Below, piece after piece: positions 49,546 to 60,000 of a DNA stretch of 64,000 bases. The notes under the pieces are model-generated. The model was not told the origin of the DNA, searched no databases, and saw only the letters and a list, made by a program, of their open reading frames with translations. The DNA is from Candidatus Spongiisociaceae bacterium (GTDB lineage Bacteria > Actinomycetota > Acidimicrobiia > Spongiisociales > Spongiisociaceae). Numbering within the stretch: the stretch's first letter is position 1; each line of letters starts with the position of its first letter. Position numbers and translations under genes: made by a program. The stretch lies in assembly GCA_965202665.1 (NCBI GenBank), contig OZ241841.1, forward strand, positions 960,001-1,024,000. The letters are read 5' to 3'.

Positions 49546-50436
49546 CTATATTCGCAGGCCGGACAGGTAGTCCATGCTGGCCCGGGCGGCGTCGATGGGA
49601 CCCTCCCCCGGCGGGGGGGGTCCGTCCAAGGCGATATCCTGCTCCAACACGTACCAACCTTGGTAGCCGCCGGATTCCAGATATTCCACCAGCCCGGCGA
49701 TGTCCGCAAAGCCTTCCCCCAAAGGCCGGAACAACCCCCGTTTCACCCCTTCCCGGAAGGTGAGTTCCCCGGCCCGCACCCGTTCGGCCAGCCTTTCGTC
49801 CACATCTTTAAGATGGACGTGCGCCACCCGGTCGCCCGACATGCGGGCCACTTGCAGGGGGTCGCCGCCCGCCAGGGAAATGTGGCCGGTGTCGATGCAC
49901 ATGTCCACCGTGCTCTCCTCCAGCACCCGCTCCACCTGATGGGGGGCGTCCACCGCGTACCCCCAATGGGAGTGCAGGGCGGCGACCAGCCCCCGGTCTT
50001 CGCATATTTCCCGCACGCGGCGCAGGCCGTCGTCGAACACCTCCCAGTCGGCCGGGGACAGTTCCACCCGCTGGTCGTATCCGTCGTACACCGAAGCCGG
50101 GCCCAGCACGAAAGTTTCAGCCCCCCGGTCGGCCAGGGTGGCGGCGGCCCGTTTGGCGTAGGACAATTCGGCTTCCAGAAGCGACCGCCGGTAGAGGCGC
50201 ACCGGAACAAACCCCCCTACCAGCCGCAGGCCCCGGCCGCCCAGCATCCGCTCCAAGCCCTCCGGGTCATCGGCCAAATATCCGTCCGGGCCCAGTTCGG
50301 TGGCGTTGAGGCCCACCTCCCGCATCTCGTCCAACACCCGGTCCGGTTCTATCTGGTACCCCCAACCGGGGGACTCGTCCACCCCCCAGGTTATGGGAGC
50401 CCCGGCGATCCGTTCAAGAAAAGGCACGGCGGTCAT
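49546..50436 (-). CDS. iolE: Inosose dehydratase IolE-like (xylose isomerase-like TIM barrel)
   Basis: AGAPITWGV, TELGP, LHSHWG, DTGH, HVHLKDV, FRPLGEG, GWYVLEQD. Confidence 0.75.
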   Translation of the reverse strand: MTAVPFLERIAGAPITWGVDESPGWGYQIEPDRVLDEMREVGLNATELGPDGYLADDPEGLERMLGGRGLRLVGGFVPVRLYRRSLLEAELSYAKRAAATLADRGAETFVLGPASVYDGYDQRVELSPADWEVFDDGLRRVREICEDRGLVAALHSHWGYAVDAPHQVERVLEESTVDMCIDTGHISLAGGDPLQVARMSGDRVAHVHLKDVDERLAERVRAGELTFREGVKRGLFRPLGEGFADIAGLVEYLESGGYQGWYVLEQDIALDGPPPPGEGPIDAARASMDYLSGLRI

Positions 50437-50610
50437 AGCCGGTAAGAATACCCGACTGCGCGGACGGGGAGCCGCCGGGGGCATTCGCCGCCCCGGGTAA
50501 TGCCCGGCCCCCGGCCCCGGCCCCTCTACCATCAGAAGCAACGGCCCCGTTCGCCGCGCCCGACGGGAAGGACCCGCCCCGATGACCAGTCACATCCGAC
50601 GCGAGGACCG

Positions 50611-51732
50611 ATGAGCAGGCCCACTTTCGCCGAAGTGGATTTGGACCGGCTGACCGGCAACTACCGGGCGATTGAGCGGGCGGTGGGCGGGGCGGGGATG
50701 CTGCCCATCCTGAAAGCCAACGCCTACGGGCACGGCCTAGTGGAAGCGGCCCGCCATCTGGAACAGCTGGACCCGGCCGGTTTGGGGGTTGCTTTCCTGG
50801 AGGAGGGGGCGCAGTTGCGGGCGGCGGGGGTGACATGCCCCATCCTGGTGATGGGGGGCATCGACGCCGGCCAAATCCCCGACTTCCTGGAAAACGACCT
50901 GACCCTGACCGCCTCCTCCGACTCCAAACTGCGGGAAATCAACCGGGTGGCCGGACAGCGGGGGGTGCGGGCCAAAGTGCATTTGAAAGTGGACACCGGG
51001 ATGGGCCGCATCGGGATGCGCCCGGAGACGGCGGTGAAAATGTTTGAAACCGGGTTGCGGTCGGAGAACGTGCAAGTGGAGGCGGTGTACAGCCATCTGG
51101 CCTGCGCCGACGAAGCCGACCGGGTTTTCACCCGGCGCCAAATCCAGCGATTCCGGCAAGCGGTTTCCTTTTACGCCCAACGGGGCCTGCCCTCCCCCCT
51201 TTTCCATCTGGCCAACTCGGCCGGGGCGCTGATGTATCCGGAGTCGCACTTGGATTTGGTGCGGCCGGGGATTCTGCTCTACGGCGTGTATCCGTCCCGG
51301 CAGGCGGAGCGCACCATCCCGGTGCGTCCCGTCCTGTCTTGGAAGTCGCGGGTGGTGTTTTTCAAAGTGCAGCCGGCGGGGAATCCGGTCAGCTACGGGG
51401 CGGCCTGGCGGCCGGAGGCGGACACCCGGGTCATCACGGTGCCGGTCGGCTACGGAGACGGCTATTTCCGTTCCCTGTCCGGCCGGGCGCAGGTGATCGT
51501 AGGCGGGGAACTGAAGCCGGTGGTGGGGCGGGTGTGCATGGACCAGCTGATGGTGGACATCGGCCCGGGCGGCTCCGCCTTCAACGGGGACGAGGTGGTC
51601 CTGCTCGGCGAACAGGGCCCCAGCTCCATCGGGGCCATGGAACTGGCGGAACAGGCGGGCACCATCCCCCACGAGTTGCTGTCCAACATCAACGTCCGGG
51701 TGTCCCGCCGCTACACCGGGTCCGCAACCTAA
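50611..51732 (+). CDS. alr: Alanine racemase
   Basis: LKANAYGHG, HLKVDTGMGRIG, YSHLA, HLANS, VRPGI, VSYG, GYGDG, GRVCMDQ. Confidence 0.95.
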   Translation: MSRPTFAEVDLDRLTGNYRAIERAVGGAGMLPILKANAYGHGLVEAARHLEQLDPAGLGVAFLEEGAQLRAAGVTCPILVMGGIDAGQIPDFLENDLTLTASSDSKLREINRVAGQRGVRAKVHLKVDTGMGRIGMRPETAVKMFETGLRSENVQVEAVYSHLACADEADRVFTRRQIQRFRQAVSFYAQRGLPSPLFHLANSAGALMYPESHLDLVRPGILLYGVYPSRQAERTIPVRPVLSWKSRVVFFKVQPAGNPVSYGAAWRPEADTRVITVPVGYGDGYFRSLSGRAQVIVGGELKPVVGRVCMDQLMVDIGPGGSAFNGDEVVLLGEQGPSSIGAMELAEQAGTIPHELLSNINVRVSRRYTGSAT

Positions 51733-51763
51733 ACCCCCGGAGGGAGACGGCCGCCGGGGCGCA

Positions 51764-52639
51764 TTAGGAGCCGGGGAGCCAACGGCGGGGGCGGCGGGCC
51801 AAGTTGGGGAAACCGAGCCGGCGGCAGAGGTCGGTGAACTCCCGGCGGCGGGCCCCCCGCCATTCCAGTTCCGGCAAAGTTTCGGCCAGGGGGACGTCGC
51901 GGCGCAGGCGGGTGAGGCTCCGGTAAAGCAGGGCCCGCTCCCGGCCTTCCTCCAGGTTGGCCGACAAGCGGGCCGCCCCCCGCACCGTCGCCTCCCAATC
52001 CTCGGCTGACCGCGGGATGCGTTCCAGTTTGCCGTAGCGGGCCAGCACCGCCGCGGTCGATTTGGCCCCCCACCCGGCGATGCCCGGCACCCCGTCCGCG
52101 CTGTCCCCCACCAAAGCCAGATAGTCGGGAATGGACACCGGCGGCACCCCGAACTTTTCCATCACCCCCTCCTCATCGTAGGTTTTCTTCTCCCGCCGGT
52201 TGTGGGACACCACCCGATCGCCCACCACGCACTGCATCAGATCCTTGTCCGGACTGAGAATAACCACCTGCTCCGCCTCCCCCGACCAGCGCAGGGCGGC
52301 GGTGGCGATGGCGTCGTCCGCTTCAAACTCCCGCATCGCCCACACCGTCACCCCCAGGGCGGCCAGCGCCTCTTCGGCCAAAGGGAACTGGGCCAGCAAC
52401 TCCGGCTCCACGCCCTCCCCGGTCTTGTAGCCGTCGAACATCCGGTTGCGGAACGATTCGATCACTTGGTCGGTGGCGGCCGCCAAATGGGTTACGTCCT
52501 TCTGTCCGAGTAGTCTCATGGTGGTATCTAAAATGCCGTATACGGCGCCCACTTCGCCGCCGTCGGGAGCGCGGCGGCCCGGGAAACCGAAGTAGGCTCG
52601 GAACAACTCGTAGGTAGCGTCTAGCAGATGGAGTTTCAC
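51764..52639 (-). CDS. 5'-3' exonuclease / flap endonuclease
   Basis: LLDATYELFRAY, FRN...YK, EADD, SPDKDL.Q, DYLALVGDSADG.PGI.GWG.K. Confidence 0.9.
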   Translation of the reverse strand: MKLHLLDATYELFRAYFGFPGRRAPDGGEVGAVYGILDTTMRLLGQKDVTHLAAATDQVIESFRNRMFDGYKTGEGVEPELLAQFPLAEEALAALGVTVWAMREFEADDAIATAALRWSGEAEQVVILSPDKDLMQCVVGDRVVSHNRREKKTYDEEGVMEKFGVPPVSIPDYLALVGDSADGVPGIAGWGAKSTAAVLARYGKLERIPRSAEDWEATVRGAARLSANLEEGRERALLYRSLTRLRRDVPLAETLPELEWRGARRREFTDLCRRLGFPNLARRPRRWLPGS

Positions 52640-52640
52640 A

Positions 52641-53837
52641 ATGGAAGATGTTAGAGGGGAAGACGGGGCCGAACCCACTTGGCGGGAGGTCAACGACAAA
52701 TTTTCCGACTTGGGGGCCCGGCTGGGATCTCATTTCACCGGCGGCGAGGACGAAGAAACCGGCGAGGTCAAAGACGCCTGGGACGAGTTCAAATCCGCCT
52801 CCCGGCACTTGGGCAAAGCCCTGAGCATGACGGTGCGCGACCCGCAAGTGCGGGCCGGAGCGGGGGAAGCCTTCGGTTCGCTGGCCGGGGCCGCCGGGTC
52901 GGCGGTGAAAACGGCCGCCAAAACCACCGCCGACGCCACCCGCCGATTGGCGCAACGGGTGGGGGGCGGCCCGGCGGAGCAACCGATCGTCTCCTGCGAA
53001 TGGCTGGCCTCCCGGCTGACCGACTCCGCGGTGCGAATCGTTGACACCCGCTGGTACCTGGCCGACGTGGAACAGGGCAAACGGGAATACGAAGAGTCCC
53101 ACCTGCCGGGGGCGGTCTTCTTGGACGTGGAGGAGCATCTGTCGGCTTCGGAAGGGGCCGGCCGCCATCCGCTCCCCGACCGGGCTGAGTTCGCCGCCCT
53201 GCTCGGCTCCCGCGGCATCGGACCCGGTCACCACGTGGTGGTCTACGACCAGGGGCCGGGGGCGATCGCCGCCCGGCTGTGGTGGATGTTGCGCCACCTG
53301 GGACACCAACAGGTGAGCGTGCTGGACGGAGGGTTCGCCCGCTGGCGGGAAGGCGGCTACATAACCACCGCAACGGTCCCCGTCCCGGAACCGGCGGTCT
53401 ACCAACCGGAGAGCGGACCCACCGCCGTCATGGACCGCGACGAACTGCTCTCCCGACTGGGCGCGGTGCAAGTAATCGACGCCCGCGAGGCGGAACGTTA
53501 CCGGGGGGAGGAGGAAACGGTGGACGCCGCAGCCGGGCACATCCCCACCGCTCTCTCCGCCCCCTTCCACGGCAACCTGACCGAAGAGGGAACTTTTCTA
53601 AGCCCCGACGATTTGGCCGCCCGGTTCGCCGCCCTGGGTCTGGATCCGGAGCAACCCATCATCAGTTCCTGCGGCAGCGGGGTTACCGCCTGTCACAACA
53701 TCCTGGCCCTGCGGATGGCCGGCTTCCCGGAACCGATCCTTTACCCCGGGTCGTGGTCGGACTGGTCGGCTTCGTCCCTGCCGGCGGCCACCGGCCCCGA
53801 ACCCGGCTCCCCGCCCGCGGACGACCCCGGCGACTGA
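52641..53837 (+). CDS. Two-domain rhodanese (SseA-type sulfurtransferase) with an extra N-terminal helical domain
   Basis: HLPGAVF, GRHPLP, AARLWWML, VLDGG, DAR..RY.G, GHIP, CGSGVTAC, LYPGSWSDW. Confidence 0.88.
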   Translation: MEDVRGEDGAEPTWREVNDKFSDLGARLGSHFTGGEDEETGEVKDAWDEFKSASRHLGKALSMTVRDPQVRAGAGEAFGSLAGAAGSAVKTAAKTTADATRRLAQRVGGGPAEQPIVSCEWLASRLTDSAVRIVDTRWYLADVEQGKREYEESHLPGAVFLDVEEHLSASEGAGRHPLPDRAEFAALLGSRGIGPGHHVVVYDQGPGAIAARLWWMLRHLGHQQVSVLDGGFARWREGGYITTATVPVPEPAVYQPESGPTAVMDRDELLSRLGAVQVIDAREAERYRGEEETVDAAAGHIPTALSAPFHGNLTEEGTFLSPDDLAARFAALGLDPEQPIISSCGSGVTACHNILALRMAGFPEPILYPGSWSDWSASSLPAATGPEPGSPPADDPGD

Positions 53838-53916
53838 CCCGCAACAGGTTTTGGGGGCAACCGATCACCCAACCCGCTACCCCGCCGCCGGAGACCCCCG
53901 ACGCGGAGTTTTTGAC

Positions 53917-53943
53917 TTGACAAATTGGGGGGGGGGGTAGCGT
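53917..53943 (+). promoter_or_regulatory. Promoter with a poly-G (G11) spacer, candidate phase-variable
   Basis: TTGACA-AATT-G11-TAGCGT (15-nt spacer) upstream of giant adhesin gene 1. Confidence 0.75.
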
Positions 53944-54011
53944 TTTGCATATGCCGCCGGTTCGCGGCTCCGGTTGGCGAAACTGATATGCGGAGGAAGG
54001 GAGGTTGGGTG

Positions 54012-57000
54012 ATGCGGCGGTTGGCGGTGTTGGCGTTGGCGGCGGGGTTGGTCTGGTCGGTGTTGCCGGTTGCGCCGGCGGCGGTGGGGGCGCAGACGGT
54101 GATTACGCTCAGCGTGGTCGATGAGTCGAATACCAATACCGTGGTGACTTCGTTGGGGGAGGACGATGCTGTCGGGGGTAAGTTTTTTCATTTGAAGGCA
54201 ACGGCGGCTTCGGCGTCTAGTTCTCCTGTGACGGTGACGGTTACTCGGGGAGGCAACGCTACTGTGAGTGATCTGACATTGATCCCACTGGGTTTTGGTT
54301 TTAGGGCTGAGTGCCGCAGTGGTGATGCGTGTATGAGCTCTACCGTCTTTCTTAATGTTACCATTCCAGCGAACCAGACAAGCGGTACAACTATTTTTAG
54401 TTGGCCTGTTTATACTCGGTCAGATACGATTACGGAGGATCATGAGACCATCACCTTTTCCGGTACCGCTTCTGGGTATACGGTGAATGGGACTACTTTG
54501 ACTATCACCGATCAGGACCGGGCGATTAAGGTGGATATTCCATCGGATTTTTTAGTAATGCCGGAGAGAGGAGAAGGTGAATCTGTGAATCGAAACGGTC
54601 GTCATGTCTATTGGCCTAATTCAAGGAAGGCTGTTTTGGGTGGGGTTACGAATGGTGTGTTCACTGCTTCTACTTCTTCTACGTACAGCCAAAATTTGTC
54701 GGGTATGCGATTGAAGGTGGTAAGTGGGACGGCTACGCAATCTGAAATTTTGAGTACTAATATCGATGTCTTTCACGAGCATAATTCTGATAGTAATACT
54801 CCTTTGCAAGCTACGATAACCGCCGGATCTCTTTCCGGAGATTTTATTGGTATATATAATACCAATTCTACTTTGTCTTTGGGAATTGTAAGTGATAGGA
54901 GGGTGGAGCCGGATGAGACTTTTTATCTTAGGGTGGACCGTCCGGCGGGTTGGACCTGGTTTCAGACCCCGATAACTGTTAAGGATGCGAATCGTCGGGT
55001 GAGATTGACGGTGGATACCGATAGTGAGGCTATGGGGAATCAGGATGTGTTAACGGAAGGGGATTCCGGTTCGGGGGTGTCGGTGTCGGCTAATTTTTGG
55101 AACGCGACGTCTTCGGTGTTGCCTTCGGCGACGGCGGTGACGTTGTCGGCGGCGGCGGAGACTCCGGCGGGGGCGGGTAAGGCGACGGCGGCTGATTTCA
55201 CGTATGCTCCGTCCACGGCGAATACGATTTCTTTCCCGGCTCAGAGTGTCACTGCTTCGGGTTCGGCGACGTTGGCTGGTTTGACGATTACTGATGATTC
55301 GGTTGTGGAAGGCCCGGAAACTTTTCTGGTGAACGGGTCGTCGGTGCTGGGAACCGCTACTAAGGCGGACACGTTGACTATATATGACAATGACGCTGAT
55401 ATTGAGTTGGAGGTGTCCCCGTCATCGGTGGAGGAGCAGGCGGGGGCGCAACAGGTTACGGTGACCGCCCGGTTTAAGGGTTCATCGTCGATTTTGACAT
55501 CGGCTACTGATGTGGCGGTGACGGTAGCGGGGGCGGGCGGGGCGACTTTGTCGTCGTGTCCGGTGTCTGGCGGGAATGATGCTTGTACCAGTTTGACGGG
55601 TAATGCGACCACGATTTCCATTCCGGCGGGCGGGACGTCGGAGAGCGCAACTTTTACGGTGACGGTTCCTGATGATAGTACGAGCGAGTCGGGGGAGAAG
55701 TTGACGCTGTCGGGGACGGCGTCGGTGGGCGGGACAGCGGTGTCGGTGGACTCGGCGGATCTACCAATTATCGACGCGGGAACGCGGGTGGATTTGTCTT
55801 TGCATGAGGCGGTTAGCGGGGAAGCGGCGCTGTCCGGGATAGCGGAGGATGGAGGGGCGCGGACGGTGCGGGTGAAAGCCACCGCTGCGACGGCGGTGCC
55901 TTCGCAGACCACCATCAGCGTAAACGTGGGTGCTATGGGGGGGACGGCGACGGTGGGGATGTGCACGGGGAGCGGCCAGTCCCGGTCTTGTTCGAGCGGC
56001 GACTACGACCGGGGGTCGGCGACGGTGGACGTGACGATCCCATCGGGCGGTACGTCGGCAACCTCGGACGTGACCATTACTCCCCTTTCGGACACAACCG
56101 CGGAGGGGGAGGAAACCATCCGGTTCGCCGGTTCCGCTACCGGGTTTACGGTGTTTCCCGCGGATTTGAAGATCACGGAAACGATAGAGTTGACAGTTAG
56201 CCAAACTTCGGTGAGTGAGGGAGCGGCCAACGCCGGTGCGGCGTCGGTGACGGCTTCTTATGCGGGGGCGTCTACTTCGACGCTGACTACGGCGACGGTT
56301 GTTACGTTGTCGTTCGGGGCGGGCGAGGGAGCGGAGGCGGCGGATTTCACCGCTCCCGGAGCGGGTAGTGAGATCACGGTGAGCATCCCGGGTTCTACCA
56401 CTTCTAGTTCGGCGGTTGCTTTGACTGGTTTGCTAGTTGTAGGGGATAGGATCGCGGAGGGGGAGGAGAAGATTGATGTCGGGGGGACGGCGGATGGGTT
56501 TGTGGTGAGCGGTACGGAGCTGACGATAGCCGATGATGATCTGGGGGTGACTTTAACGGCGGACACCGATAGCGGCACGAACGGGGAGCAGCAGACTTTA
56601 CCGGAGGGTGAGGCGGCGGCGGTGCGGGTGCGGGCCCGGTTCACTTCCGCTACCACCAACGATTTGGCCGCTGTTTATGAGATTCAGGTTACCGCCGGGG
56701 AGGGTTCTCCGGTGTCGGCGACCGGCGGAGGTGTTGATTTCACCGCCCCGGGCGCGGCGGCGACGGTTACCATACCCGCCGGAACCGCCCTGCAAAGCGG
56801 TTGGGTGAATCTAACCGGCCTGTCGGTGGCGGATGACACGATAGCGGAAGGATCGGAAACTTTTCTCATCACCGGTACCGCTACAGGCGGGACGGTGGTT
56901 GCGGAGACGGTAACCATCGTCGATGACGATGTGGATGTGTCTTTGTCGGCGTCTCCGGCGGAGGTGGTGGAACAGGCGACGGCGCATCAGATAACGGTAA

Positions 57001-60000
57001 CCGCCCGTTTTCAGGGGGCCACGTCGGTGTTGTCGGCGGCTACTCCGGTGACGGTAACGGTCGGGTCGGCGGACACCAGCGGCGCGACGGTGCATACCGC
57101 GGTATGTCCTATGATGATGACAATTACAGCGGATGTGTGCACCAACCAGACGAACAATCAGTTCACGGTCAGTATCCCCGCCGGGGGTGTCAGTGGTTCG
57201 GGTTCTTTTCAGCTGCGGGCCCGCGTCGATGGGGACGACGCCGAGGGTATCGAGTATTTGAAACTGACCGGTTCTACTTCTATAGGTCAGGTGGCGTCCG
57301 CTCAGATGGGCGTTTTCGATCCGGGCCGGGCGTTTACCTTGTCTTTCCATGAGCCGACCAGCGGCGACCCGGCCCTGTCGGGGATAACCGAGGACGGGGG
57401 GGCGCAGACGGTGCGGGTGAAAGCCACCCTCGGCGCACCCGCTTCATCGTCCGCCACAGTGACCGTAAACGTAGGAACCGCAGGCGGAACCGCCACTTTG
57501 GGACCAATCGGGGATTACACCCGCGGGAGCGCTACGGCGACTATCACCATCAACAGCGGCGAAACCAGCGGAACGGCCGATGTTGTGCTCACTCCCCGCA
57601 ATGAGGGAACGGTGGAGGGGGCGGAAACCATCCGTTTCACCGCTTCCGCCACCGGCGGGTATCTGCCCGCGGTGGCTGATTTGTCGATTCTGGAAACGAT
57701 CACTTTGGCTCTCAGCCAGTCCACGGTGGATGAAAGAGACGCCAACGCGGGAGCGGTAACCGTTACCGCCTCTTTCGCGGGGGCGTCCAGTTCCTCCCTC
57801 ACCCAAGCTACGGATGTAACTTTGTCGTTTGGGGCGGGTGAGAACGCGGAGGCGGCGGATTTCACCGCCCCCGGCGCGGCGGTGACGGTGACCATTCCCG
57901 CTGGTTCTACTAGTAGTTCGGCGGTTGCGTTGAGCGGTTTGCTGATTACCGGGGATACTATCGCGGAGGACGCGGAGAGTATCAACATCGACGGTACCGC
58001 CGGGGGGTTCGCGGTTAGCGGAACGACGCTGGTCATCACCGACGACGACCTAGACGTAACCCTGACGGCGGACACTGACAGCGGAGAAAACGGGAATCAG
58101 AAAACCCTGTCGGAGGGCGGGACGGTTGCGGTGCGGGTACAAGCCGCGTTCGCCACCGCCACCAGCAACGACATTGGGTCTGCTTTGCAAGTACGCGTAA
58201 CCGCGGAGGCTTTATCACCGGCGTCGGCCGAGGCGGGGGGAATCGATTTCACCCCTCCCGCCACCCCGGTTACGGTATCCATCCCCGCCGGGCAAACCCA
58301 GAGTGCCTGGACGAACCTGACCGGACTGGCGGTAACGGACGATGCGGTAACCGAGCTGGCGGAAACGTTCAGAATCGCGGGGACGTCGGTGAACAGCGGC
58401 GTGGGGATTACCCCGGATACGTTGACTATCGGAGCCAGCGACACCGCTTTGGAGGTAACCGCCTCGCCGGGGTCGGTGACGGAAAGCACCAGCGCCCACA
58501 ACATAACGGTCACCGCCGGGTTCGCCGGAGCCACCTCCTCCGTACTAGCAACCAACACCGACGTAACGGTAACGGTAGCGGCCGGGGACACCAACGGGGC
58601 CACGGTGGCGACAGCATGCTCTCAGTCGATGACCGAAGATGTGTGCACCGACCAGACGGGCAACTCGTTCACTATCCGCATCCCGGCTGGTCAGCACTAT
58701 CACACGGGCTCGTTTCAGCTGACAGCCCGAGTAGACACAGACCCGGAAACTACTGCGGAAACGGTGAAAATCAGCGGCTCGGCCACTGTCGCCGGAACAG
58801 CCGCCTCCGACACCGCCACCATCAACATAGCCGACAGCGGCATCACCCTCGCCCTAACCAACGCCTCCGATAGCAGCGCCCTGTCCGCGTTGGATGAAAA
58901 CAGCGGAACAACCACCATACGGGTTACCGCCACCCTGCCGGTGGCAGCCCCCGCCGGGGGTGCGGTAGTGGGCCTGGAGATAGACGAGGACAGCACCGCC
59001 ACCGTAGATTCCAACCGCGTCTGGACCAACCGGGAAGACTACCGGGTGGTTTGGCCCGCCAAACCGAGCGGAACCCCCTCCGGATACGCCACCGGCATCG
59101 CCGTCCCCGCCGGCTCCACCACCGGCCACGCCGACATCCAAATCACCATCAACGACGACAACGTCGACGAGCCGGCGAGGAGGATAGAAATCAACGGCAG
59201 CCATGTAAACATCAACAGCGTGGATTATCACACGGTAGCCGCCGCTTTGACTCTGAACGACAACGACGACCCCCCCACCGCTATCACCCTCACCCTGCAC
59301 AGCACCCGCGCCGACAGCAGCGGGGAACACCTCACCCAAGCCCACGAAAACCAAGAAACCCGGGTACGGGTAATAGCCGCCTTCCAAGGAACCGCCACCC
59401 GCTCCGCCGCCACCTTCGTACCCATCGTAGTCGGCAAAACCGCTACCGGGGAAGCCACGCCGGGAACCGACTATCAAACAGTAAACACCTTCAACGTGCG
59501 AATCTCCGGCTACCAAACCCTAGGAGCCGACACCTTCCTCCTCAAAACCGACGGAACATACAACGACAACGCCTTCGAAGGACCGGAAACGCTAACCGTC
59601 GCCGGCGGAACCCTCGCCAATTTCACCATCGCGCAAGACACCCTCACCATCATCGACGACGACCTAACCGTCGCCCTCACCCTCACCCCCAACCAAGCAA
59701 CCGAAGGAACCACCAACACGTCCGTAACCTTGCGGGCCGCCTATCCGACCGGGGAGACCCTCCCCAACCCCCACACCATAACCCTGGGCCGCGGGGGAAC
59801 CGCCGCCGCCGCCGACTACACCGCCCCCGCCCTCACCCCCCTAACCATTCCCGCTAACCAAAACAGCGCCACCCGAACCCTCAGCCTGCCTATCACCGAC
59901 GACAGCATCGATGAACCAGACGAAACCATACAAATAACCGGAACCTCCGCCGGAATCGCCATCGAACCCGCCGTCTTCACCATCGAAGACAACGACGACC

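Noticed and set aside
53925-54011. Poly-G as an in-frame coding tract (ORF-track start 53925)
   Set aside because: The RBS and signal peptide place the start at about 54012, so the tract lies in the promoter spacer rather than the CDS.
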